Of a stretch of DNA of 43,526 nucleotides, positions 28,597 through 35,829 are shown in pieces. The notes under the pieces were generated by a model. The model was not told the origin of the DNA. It saw nothing but the letters and a program-made list of their open reading frames with translations, and did not search any database. Source of the DNA: Thermodesulfobacteriota bacterium (lineage in GTDB: Bacteria > Desulfobacterota > Desulfobulbia > Desulfobulbales > Desulfobulbaceae); NCBI GenBank assembly GCA_034660835.1, contig JAYEKB010000113.1, positions 1 through 43,526 on the forward strand, given 5' to 3'. The number at the start of each line of letters is the position of its first letter. Within the stretch, counting starts at the first letter, position 1. The translations under genes were made by a program, and so were the position numbers.

Positions 28597-29000
28597 CTAT
28601 AGAAAATTATATATGAATGGCGGGTTAAAAATCAAGGGAACAGCGTGGCACTGACTGAAAGTAAATGGCCGCTCCGTTAAAGTCATTGCGGCACTAATAC
28701 TTTTACGAAGAAGAATTTCACGGAAGAGTAGAGCGCTGAAAAGTCCGGTATTATCACTTTTCATCCGGAAGTACCAGACCTTTGCGAGAGCTGGGTGTGA
28801 GTTCCGGTTTTCCAGTCTCCGCTGATCCGGCATTTACTCCAGATCAAAATATGTCGTTCCAGGTTCATCGCCAAACAATCTTGCCAGGAGGTTCTTTCCA
28901 CCTTGCCGTGGAATAATCAAGGATACAACCGGTGCTCGATGGTGCCATCATCAAGTTCCCTTCTCAGTTTTTTATGTACTGCCAACTCTGCGATAAACAT
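28597..29000 (-). pseudogene. decayed AAA ATPase (COG1373/AAA_14-DUF4143-like) N-terminal remnant
   Basis: Frame-hopping translation gives 'MFIAELAVHKKLRRELDDGTIEHRLYP*', then 'IIPRQGGKNLLARLFGDEPGTTYFDLE*MPDQRRLENRNSHPALA..'. The second stretch resembles the GPRQVGKTTL P-loop and YFDLE/DP box of that family. The P-loop is degenerate, and there are an in-frame stop and a frameshift. Confidence 0.35.
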
Positions 29001-29037
29001 TGAAATCTCGGAAAACTAATTCGAGATTTCAATGTTT
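28995..29037. repeat. perfect 16-bp inverted repeat with 11-nt spacer
   Basis: AAACATTGAAATCTCG (28995-29010), spacer gaaaactaatt, then CGAGATTTCAATGTTT (29022-29037). The two arms are exact reverse complements. Confidence 0.95.
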
Positions 29038-29348
29038 AGGAGATTGTTGAAAATAGTCCATTGGAGAATTATTCGACGGATTGAAGTGCATTTTGTCAAA
29101 TGCTTAGCTGAAATGTCAAATTGCGTTCTTTGATTTTTCTTCCACCGCCACGTCTGAATGTAAGCCCTGTCGTATGTTACGAGAAATACAGATTCATAGT
29201 ACGAGTTATACGCCTGGGCGTGTATAATTTCGGTTTGAAGAACAATGGACAGCTCTCTAAATACGGCTCCCAAGTCATCCCTCCTGAAAAAAGATTATAG
29301 GACGGCCATAACTCCACTGTTTCAATAAAGGAAAAGGATGGTAAATCC

Positions 29349-30086
29349 ATGCAGAAAATCATATCCCTCTTTACCGGAAAATATGGATTAACCAGAAATG
29401 AAGTCATTGTAGAGATAGAAAAGGTTTTCTCAGACATACTCTCTGGGTGGTACCGCTTTGAGGTAATGGTCGTTTTTCATCAGGATCTCCAGTTGGAAGC
29501 TGTAGCGTATAACAAGATTGGTGGTGTGCTCCTGCAAAGGAGCATTGATCTTAAAAAAATACGAGGCTGGAATTCTATCAGAAAACATCTGGAAAAGAGT
29601 CTGCTGAAGGCCTCCGTTCTCAAACAGACCCAGCAGTATAAATACTATGAGAGGGAACTACGTTGGGGAGAGATCACGACCATTGATGCCGGGCAAAACT
29701 ATCATATTGAGATCGAGGTAATTCCTGGCGAGATGATGACAGCGTTTTGCCCCCTTAATCGTGTTGGTCTCCATGAACGTAATTCTGATAACTTTTCCAT
29801 TGGCATGAAAAGAGCTTTTCATGTTCGCAGAGTTGATCCGGTTTTCCTGAACGGTACACCTCGCCTAAAGGTGGTGGTAGATCGGGTGTCCAAAACGCTT
29901 GTTGAGACCCTCCTGAAAGAACAACTTGGATATTTTGCCGAAAAAATGACAATTCGCTGCACAAAGCGATATGTGGGACAGAAGAGTTTTGTTATTACTT
30001 CCAGGCGGATTCCGAAGTCTGCAATTGTCGCTGTGACAAGGGAACTGAACGAGAAAATGCAAGTCAGGTTTGACCGGAATTTATGA
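29349..30086 (+). CDS. NusA-like protein (NTD + S1 + single KH-like region; lacks KH2 and C-terminal repeats)
   Basis: The order of segments is collinear with NusA. 'LTRNEVIVEIEKVFSDIL' aligns with NusA 'LPREKIFEALESALATA'. 'GEITTIDAGQNYHIEIEVIPGEMMTAFCPLNRVGLHERNSDNFSIGMKRAFHVRRV' aligns with the S1 region '[37 protein letters not shown]'. 'RVSKTLVETLLKEQL' aligns with 'RSKPEMLIELFRIEV'. This alignment is from recall and was not computed. Confidence 0.65.
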   Translation: MQKIISLFTGKYGLTRNEVIVEIEKVFSDILSGWYRFEVMVVFHQDLQLEAVAYNKIGGVLLQRSIDLKKIRGWNSIRKHLEKSLLKASVLKQTQQYKYYERELRWGEITTIDAGQNYHIEIEVIPGEMMTAFCPLNRVGLHERNSDNFSIGMKRAFHVRRVDPVFLNGTPRLKVVVDRVSKTLVETLLKEQLGYFAEKMTIRCTKRYVGQKSFVITSRRIPKSAIVAVTRELNEKMQVRFDRNL

Positions 30087-31456
30087 ACCTCTGGAAATGG
30101 AAAAGGAAAAAACAAAAAATTGAAAAAGAATGGACGCATATCGGCACTGGCGTTCACCTTGATCATCCAGAAACCATTATGGAGCTGGAATTTCCTGACA
30201 GTTACCGTAAAGGGCACTTCTGGTGCTTCGGGACTACCCGAGTGGGGAAAACCCGGATCATGGAACACATCATCGAGCAGGATATCCGCAAGGGATATTC
30301 GGTGGTGGCCATGGACCCAAAGGGCGATATTGATCTGTTTTCAAAAATCACTGAAGTGGCCGAAAAAACAGGCCGCCTCCAAGATTTAATGCTGATAACT
30401 CCGATTTTCCCACAATACAGTGCTATCCTTGATCCCCTTTCCTCCTATTACATGCCCGAAGAACTGGTGGCCCATATTACCGCCGGAGTTGCCGTGGGCA
30501 GGGAGCCGTATTTTTTCAGCGTTGCCTACGAAGTCAGCTTGGTCGTAGTTCAGGCACTGATTATTCTGGACGGGGGGAACCGTACTACTCCGTCGTTCAA
30601 CCTCAACGATATAAAAAACCATATCAGTCATCAGGATTTGGAACAGCTCAAAGATCGGCTTGATTATATTGACCATCCCGAGGCGGAGCAGCTTTGCAGG
30701 GATATGCAGAAGATCCTCTCCACTCCGCCGGATTATTACTCCAAAGTGGCCAGCTCGCTTCGGGTTGCGCTCACCGAATTGACTTCCGGCAATGTCGGCC
30801 AGATTATCGGTAAGGCGGATGAAAACAGATTTATAAAACGGCTGGAACAGGGCAAGGGAATTATTCTGGTAGTGCAGCTTGGTTCGCTCCTTACCAAGCG
30901 GGCTGCCTATACCGCAGGCAAGGTAATCATCTCCATGATCCAGGCCTTTGTCGGTCGGGTCTATTCCAGTGGTAAAAACGTTACTCCTTCTCTGGTACTG
31001 CATATAGATGAAGCACAATCAGTTCTCTACCACGGCATTGAGGATTTATTTGCCAAGGCAGGTGGGGCCGGGGTTTTCATCCATGGTTACTGCCAATCCA
31101 TCAGCCAGCTATATACCGAGGTCGGGGAAGATCGTGCTAATAGCATTCTGGATAACTGTAACACCAAACTTTTCATGCGGGTGCCGGATGCAAACACGGC
31201 ATCCTATGTTTCCAGGCATCTTGGTGAGGAACGTCGATTCTCGCCGATTATCTCGGTGGGAGGTGGTCTGTCCATTCGTGAGACCGAGGAAGTTAGGATC
31301 AAGCACACCGAGGTGCTGAACATGGCACCTCGGGAACTGTTTTTAAGTACTTACTCCGGCACCTATAAAGGAAAGACTGCAACCGTCCTGGATGGGGATC
31401 TGAAGGTGGAATTTCCTGATCTTGCCGGGGAAACCATGGGAGGAGCGAGCCCATGA
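30083..31456 (+). CDS. T4CP/TraD/VirD4-superfamily P-loop ATPase without N-terminal membrane anchor
   Basis: Walker A is 'HFWCFGTTRVGKTR', followed by 'VVAMDPKGD'. Walker B is 'LVLHIDEAQSV'. The TraG-D_C-like block is 'GVFIHGYCQSISQLYTEVGEDRANSILDNCNTKLFMRVPDANTASYVSRHLGE'. There is an ATGA overlap with the upstream gene. Confidence 0.8.
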   Translation: MNLWKWKRKKQKIEKEWTHIGTGVHLDHPETIMELEFPDSYRKGHFWCFGTTRVGKTRIMEHIIEQDIRKGYSVVAMDPKGDIDLFSKITEVAEKTGRLQDLMLITPIFPQYSAILDPLSSYYMPEELVAHITAGVAVGREPYFFSVAYEVSLVVVQALIILDGGNRTTPSFNLNDIKNHISHQDLEQLKDRLDYIDHPEAEQLCRDMQKILSTPPDYYSKVASSLRVALTELTSGNVGQIIGKADENRFIKRLEQGKGIILVVQLGSLLTKRAAYTAGKVIISMIQAFVGRVYSSGKNVTPSLVLHIDEAQSVLYHGIEDLFAKAGGAGVFIHGYCQSISQLYTEVGEDRANSILDNCNTKLFMRVPDANTASYVSRHLGEERRFSPIISVGGGLSIRETEEVRIKHTEVLNMAPRELFLSTYSGTYKGKTATVLDGDLKVEFPDLAGETMGGASP

Positions 31457-31482
31457 CTCTTTTTTTAGCTTTTCCCTGATTG

Positions 31483-32919
31483 ATGTTCGGGCTTGAAATG
31501 TTATTAAAAGCAGCAGACCTGCGCAGTGGCATGTTGTGGCTGGCGATTGTGCTGGTACTGGTTGTTGTAGCTGTGTTGATCTTTGGCAGGAAAAAACAAG
31601 AAGAAGTCGTCATTATCAGGCAGATTTCTCTGAAAGACCTCTCAGCGGTATGGGAAAAGAAAGGTGCCAGAACAATTCATATATCGAAACTCTCTCCCTT
31701 GTGGCGGGATGAAAAGATACTTGCCAGGGAAGATGAATATCCTGAGCTGCAAAACCTACGGGCAGCTGCTTTCATGGAAAAGATTCGACAATGGTCATGG
31801 TTTAATAAATTCCCGCAACAGAAGGTGATATGCGGACAGATTTTGAAATTGCTCGACCAGGAAGGGCATTGCCCCTCGGTTGTCGATATTCAAGGAGATG
31901 TCGAAGGGAGCTGGGATGAAAATACCTACCAGCTTCTTGCCGGAACAACCCTGCTTGATCATTCGCTTAATGTGGCGGAACAGGTGGTGCAGTTGCTTTC
32001 CGACGACAAGGCCTGTCATGTCATCCCCGATACCATGATAGCAGCCCTTGCCCATGACCTGGGGAAACTTGAATCCATGCGGGGCTATCTCTACTCTCTG
32101 GGTGAGCATCCACTTGCTGCCGGACGACCGTTGGCCGGAATTCCAGGATTTAAGGAACTACGCAGGAAAGATGAAATCCTGCAGGCGATCAAGCTGCATC
32201 ACAAGAGGCCACAGGGGTTGCTTGGTAAAACCCTGAAAAAGGCGGATCAAAAGGCTCGGCAGATGGAGCTGGAAGATGCTGCCCTGAAAATTGATACATC
32301 TGAAGCAAATCCGGTTGAGGACATAAAGCCTGTACCAGGTAAAGAGAAACAGGGAACAAAAAGCACTGCTGCCTGGAAGGCCCAGGAAGACATCTACAAT
32401 GAAACTGGGGGAGAGGGCCGGAAAAAATCACAGATGGAAAAACCACAGTTGATGGATATCTCCGGCTGGTTTGATGCAGAAAAATTTCTGGATGAGCTGA
32501 AACCATACATAAACAAGATGTTTGGCCGTCGATTCATGGCCTTTTCCATGTCGGACGGCCATGTCTATTTCCAAGCCAAGGTTCTTGAAGAGGTTGCCCG
32601 TAAGCAAGCGGAACAGGCAGGGAACATGGAAATTGCCACCATGGGCCAGAGAGATGAATCCATGCGCAGTGTGCTCCTTAGCATTGTCAATCATCTCCGG
32701 GCAGATCATGAGGTTATTGCCCGAGGATTGATTAAGGATAACTTTTTCGGGGGCTATTTCAATGTGACACGGAAAATCGGCAAACCCATCAAGGGATATT
32801 ATACACCGTTTCATGCTGAAGCTTTCGGATCCATTGCAGAGATGGAACAGAATAAACCAAAAATGCTACGTGATATTGTCAAGGTCAGCCCATATCTGGA
32901 CAACAATGCGGATACGTAA
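31483..32919 (+). CDS. membrane-anchored HD-domain protein
   Basis: The N-terminal TM segment is 'MLWLAIVLVLVVVAVLIF'. The HD signature is 'LLDHSLNVAEQ..IAALAHDLGKL..LGEHPLAAG..AIKLHHKRP'. The C-terminal half is long and charged. Confidence 0.75.
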   Translation: MFGLEMLLKAADLRSGMLWLAIVLVLVVVAVLIFGRKKQEEVVIIRQISLKDLSAVWEKKGARTIHISKLSPLWRDEKILAREDEYPELQNLRAAAFMEKIRQWSWFNKFPQQKVICGQILKLLDQEGHCPSVVDIQGDVEGSWDENTYQLLAGTTLLDHSLNVAEQVVQLLSDDKACHVIPDTMIAALAHDLGKLESMRGYLYSLGEHPLAAGRPLAGIPGFKELRRKDEILQAIKLHHKRPQGLLGKTLKKADQKARQMELEDAALKIDTSEANPVEDIKPVPGKEKQGTKSTAAWKAQEDIYNETGGEGRKKSQMEKPQLMDISGWFDAEKFLDELKPYINKMFGRRFMAFSMSDGHVYFQAKVLEEVARKQAEQAGNMEIATMGQRDESMRSVLLSIVNHLRADHEVIARGLIKDNFFGGYFNVTRKIGKPIKGYYTPFHAEAFGSIAEMEQNKPKMLRDIVKVSPYLDNNADT

Positions 32920-33635
32920 TGGCTAAAGAATGGGAAAACAGAGGGCAGAGCGATACCAATGCTCAGATCATCACCACTGATTCCGGCAGGATCTACAGGC
33001 CGAGAAATTTGCTCAATGCCATTTCAGAGGTCCAGCAGTTTTTTGTAATCGAAAGTAAAGGGCAGGATATCCCAGGTGAATTCCTTACGCTGGAACATAC
33101 TCTGGATTTTTTCAAGATCGGGATAAAGAGTGGCTTTCATGAAGGCTTTGCCCTGGTGCTGTTGTTTCCGGTTTTCCATTTTTATCTCTTCCCCTTTGTT
33201 TTTCAGAAGCTTGATTTTGTCAGTCATATCCTGTTCGGATCTATCCCCTACCTTGTTCTGATGGTCAATACAGCCATGTGCTGCTATATCAGTCGCTACT
33301 ATGTGGGCAATATCACCAGAAAGGCAATCAACTCTTTGCTCATGGGCCGGGCCATGTCTCTGCTGCTCAAGGCCTTTCTCCTGTATGTGCTCTATCTGGT
33401 GCTTTATCGACTCAGCACACCGGAGAATATTTGGAAACTTGCCATGCAGTTCGGGTCAAGGGCGGAGGAAATATATAATGGGTTCTTTGAGATAAAACCG
33501 CATCTGATGCCTGTGGCCACTGAAAGCTCTGTTCTTATGGTGGTGGCGGCAATTTTTCCATACGGTTCGGTTTATCTGCTGGACCTGTGGCGGAGGTACA
33601 GGATCAAGAGGAATGCAAAAATTATTTCTGCATAA
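32919..33635 (+). CDS. polytopic membrane protein, unknown family
   Basis: Its start overlaps the upstream stop by 1 nt (TAATG). Four to five hydrophobic helices are present, for example 'FALVLLFPVFHFYLFPFVF', 'IPYLVLMVNTAMCCYI', 'LLLKAFLLYVLYLVLY' and 'VLMVVAAIFPYGSVYLL'. Confidence 0.65.
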   Translation: MAKEWENRGQSDTNAQIITTDSGRIYRPRNLLNAISEVQQFFVIESKGQDIPGEFLTLEHTLDFFKIGIKSGFHEGFALVLLFPVFHFYLFPFVFQKLDFVSHILFGSIPYLVLMVNTAMCCYISRYYVGNITRKAINSLLMGRAMSLLLKAFLLYVLYLVLYRLSTPENIWKLAMQFGSRAEEIYNGFFEIKPHLMPVATESSVLMVVAAIFPYGSVYLLDLWRRYRIKRNAKIISA

Positions 33636-33687
33636 TCTGCAGGGCTGGCCATTAGGTGCTGGTAATTTAATAAAAATGGGAGAAAAA

Positions 33688-34053
33688 ATGACGGACACAA
33701 ACGAAAAGGAGAAAAAAAGACCTTCATGGCAGGAAATACAGGAAAAAAAGATCAGCATGGCCAAGGAACGTGGAGCACGGGTATTAAAAGTCAATTCACC
33801 CCTTGGCTCAACCATGTTCAACATCCTGCGCCAGTTTGATATGGCCTATACCCATTTCAAGGCAAGACTCGGAGAAATGGATGGGATCTCACACGAGGAA
33901 GGTGAAGAACTGATGGCAGAGGGAAGAGAGATCATCATAGCCTTTTCCAACTATACTGCCAGGCTCAGTAAAAAAATACGCTTCCGATACTATACTCCCC
34001 GGGAGATCAGCGAGTTTATGAAAACCTCCCAGGATGACGATACGGTAAATTAG
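33688..34053 (+). CDS. small charged hypothetical protein (121 aa)
   Basis: GGGAG lies upstream of ATG 33688; ATG 33676 is an alternative start. The gene is convergent with the integrase, with an 8-nt gap. I recognise no family. Confidence 0.5.
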   Translation: MTDTNEKEKKRPSWQEIQEKKISMAKERGARVLKVNSPLGSTMFNILRQFDMAYTHFKARLGEMDGISHEEGEELMAEGREIIIAFSNYTARLSKKIRFRYYTPREISEFMKTSQDDDTVN

Positions 34054-34061
34054 ACTTCCTC

Positions 34062-35111
34062 CTATAGCCCAAGGCTAGCTATGCGGTCGACAGCCTTTAA
34101 TTTATGGTCATCAAGGAGGTGTGTGTAACGCATGGTCATGGATATTGTTTTATGCCCCAGTATATCGGCCACTGTCCGTAAATCGACTCCATTCATAATC
34201 ATGTAGCTCGCGGCGGTATGCCTCAAATCGTGCATATGGAAGTCTTCGATTCTGGCCCTTTTGACTGCCGCTTCAAAGCTTTCCCGGAAATATTGGTTCG
34301 GTCGCCGTCGGTAAGTCATTTTAGGTTGCCTGGGTAAAAAAACGAAATCCTTGCATTTGTAACCTCTTTCCAGGACAAGCTCGGATAATATTTCAATAGC
34401 CGAGACGGTCAACGGTACCCGGCGCGGATCCGTCTTGGTCTGTTGCAGATCAATGATTCTTCCATCAAAATCAACCTGTCCCCAGGTCAACCCAGCTCCT
34501 TCACTCGGACGCATCCCGGTATGAAGCTGTAGCACAATAAAATGGTACAGATTTGGCCGATGGCCCTTTTTGCTCTCTTTAAGCAAACTCTTGATTTCAG
34601 CATCGGTTAAAAAACGCAACCTCCCCTGCGGTGTTTTCGGTTTGCGAATAATGGCCACAGGATTGGTCGCCTCAATTCCCCACTCACGAAGTGCAGTGCT
34701 ATAAATATGGGAAAGCATACTGAGATCTTTGATGACCGTCGCCGGTTGAACTTTTGCCAACCGCGTATCACGAAACTGGGCAGCCAAAGTTGGAGTAATC
34801 TCTTTCAGGGTTTTACCGAAAAAATAGTGAAGGGATCGAGACTGGTACAATTCCCGCCGATGGGTCGACTTTGCCTTTTTGCTTGAGACCTCTGCCAGAT
34901 ATTTTTCCAAAGCATCATCAAACAGCATATCGTTTGACGGTGCGTTACCAATATACCCGTCATTGCGAAGGGCAGCCTCTGTATCCTCGGCCCATCGTTG
35001 GGCTTCAGACTTACGATCAAATGTCTGTGATAACCTGGGATGACCTTTGACCCGAACCTCTGCCCGATAAACAGCTCCCCTCTTCCTTTTTACAGCTCTT
35101 ACAGTTGCCAT
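34062..35111 (-). CDS. tyrosine recombinase / phage-type integrase
   Basis: The N-terminal arm-binding-like region is 'YRAEVRVKGHPRLSQTFDRKSEAQRWAED'. Catalytic motifs are 'LHTGMRPSEGAGLTW', 'HDLRHTAASYM', 'LGHKTISMTMRYTHL' (R..HxxR..Y). I prefer ATG 35111; the listed 35117 is GTG. Confidence 0.92.
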   Translation of the reverse strand: MATVRAVKRKRGAVYRAEVRVKGHPRLSQTFDRKSEAQRWAEDTEAALRNDGYIGNAPSNDMLFDDALEKYLAEVSSKKAKSTHRRELYQSRSLHYFFGKTLKEITPTLAAQFRDTRLAKVQPATVIKDLSMLSHIYSTALREWGIEATNPVAIIRKPKTPQGRLRFLTDAEIKSLLKESKKGHRPNLYHFIVLQLHTGMRPSEGAGLTWGQVDFDGRIIDLQQTKTDPRRVPLTVSAIEILSELVLERGYKCKDFVFLPRQPKMTYRRRPNQYFRESFEAAVKRARIEDFHMHDLRHTAASYMIMNGVDLRTVADILGHKTISMTMRYTHLLDDHKLKAVDRIASLGL

Positions 35112-35151
35112 ACCCACACACTCCGAAAAGGATAGTGTGCCCTTGACCTTT

Positions 35152-35175
35152 TTTTGGGCGCACTTTTGGGCGCAC
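35152..35175. repeat. perfect tandem 12-mer TTTTGGGCGCAC x2 (plus partial third TTTT) upstream of the integrase
   Basis: Read directly from the sequence. The copies are at 35152-35163 and 35164-35175, 41-64 nt upstream of the integrase ATG on the minus strand. Confidence 0.9.
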
Positions 35176-35241
35176 TTTTTCGTAATTTATGCAATTCAGT
35201 GCTAATCTGTGGCAACTATAGCTCATCCGAGCCATAAAAGC

Positions 35242-35280
35242 AAAAAAGCCCTGAACCGTAGTATTACTGCGATTCAGGGC
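35242..35280 (-). terminator. rho-independent terminator immediately downstream of tRNA-Leu
   Basis: On the minus strand, GCCCTGAA-17 nt loop-TTCAGGGC is followed by TTTTTTG. It begins 12 nt after the tRNA CCA end. Confidence 0.6.
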
Positions 35281-35291
35281 TCTATTATAGA

Positions 35292-35379
35292 TGGTGCCGA
35301 AGGCGAGATTCGAACTCGCACGACCGTGGGCCACTACCCCCTCAAGATAGCGTGTCTACCAGTTCCACCACTTCGGCAC
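35292..35379 (-). tRNA. tRNA-Leu (anticodon GAG), class II with long variable arm, CCA encoded
   Basis: The minus strand reads GTGCCGAAGTGGTGGAACTGGTAGACACGCTATCTTGAGGGGGTAGTGGCCCACGGTCGTGCGAGTTCGAATCTCGCCTTCGGCACCA. The acceptor 7 bp pair. The anticodon stem is CTATC/GGTAG with loop TTGAGGG. The T-loop GTTCGAATC is present. Confidence 0.9.
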
Positions 35380-35401
35380 CCAAAATTTTGTTCCTCTGCT
35401 T

Positions 35402-35779
35402 CTACTCTGCTTTTGGAACCTCCGCCGGTGCGGCCGCCGGCTTTGCATTTTCTGCTGTCGGCATGGGGATAGTTACCGGGGCAGTGTCTGCTGCAGGCAC
35501 GGGCACTGTGGCCTGCTGAACCGGCACATCACTCATTACCGTTCCTGTACTCTTGTTTGCCGAAATATAGGCCAGGGAAATGGAGGTTCCCATGAACACA
35601 ATAGCCGCAAGGGTGGTGATCTTGTTGAGCAGGGGTACCGGCCCCTCGGTCCCGAACAGAGACTGGCTGGACCCGCCAAATGTGGCTCCAACATCAGCAC
35701 CCTTACCGTGCTGCAGAAGTACAATACCAATCAGGAACAGCGCCACAAGAACGTGTATAATAAGAAGCAGTGTTGTCAT
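35402..35779 (-). CDS. secG: preprotein translocase subunit SecG (with Pro/Ala-rich C-terminal extension)
   Basis: 'LLIIHVLVALFLIGIVLLQHGKGADVGATFGGSSQSLFG' is the SecG signature. A second TM segment is present, followed by a low-complexity tail. Confidence 0.85.
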   Translation of the reverse strand: MTTLLLIIHVLVALFLIGIVLLQHGKGADVGATFGGSSQSLFGTEGPVPLLNKITTLAAIVFMGTSISLAYISANKSTGTVMSDVPVQQATVPVPAADTAPVTIPMPTAENAKPAAAPAEVPKAE

Positions 35780-35829
35780 GAAAAATAGTAATAGTTTACC
35801 GGGGCAACCAGGTAGGTTAATCCTCCGAG

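Noticed and set aside
28526-28600. Possible Moco or other riboswitch in the non-coding stretch upstream of the Mo/W oxidoreductase operon
   Set aside because: I could not recognise the conserved Moco-motif elements. The stretch also lies upstream of a terminator and belongs more plausibly to the 3' end of the decayed AAA-ATPase gene. An Infernal/Rfam scan is needed to settle this.
28938-28946. The 9-mer GATGGTGCC, identical to the sequence at the tRNA-Leu 3' end/flank (35290-35298), considered as a possible attL remnant
   Set aside because: A single 9-mer match is expected by chance at roughly this frequency in 43 kb on two strands, and it does not extend. I could not find a longer direct repeat of the tRNA 3' end by eye. 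The island's left boundary therefore remains undefined.
29223-29228. Perfect TATAAT hexamer about 120 nt upstream of the NusA-like gene, considered as the cassette promoter
   Set aside because: There is no convincing -35 hexamer at 16-18 bp spacing and no TG extension at the correct position. This is too weak to call as a feature.
30386-31018. 210-aa minus-strand ORF, and similar long antisense ORFs at 9803-10357, 15153-15701, 16562-17065, 25172-25726, 36774-37340, 37344-37883 and 41534-42055
   Set aside because: Each lies fully inside and opposite a CDS with strong family signatures. None has a recognisable domain or a convincing SD.
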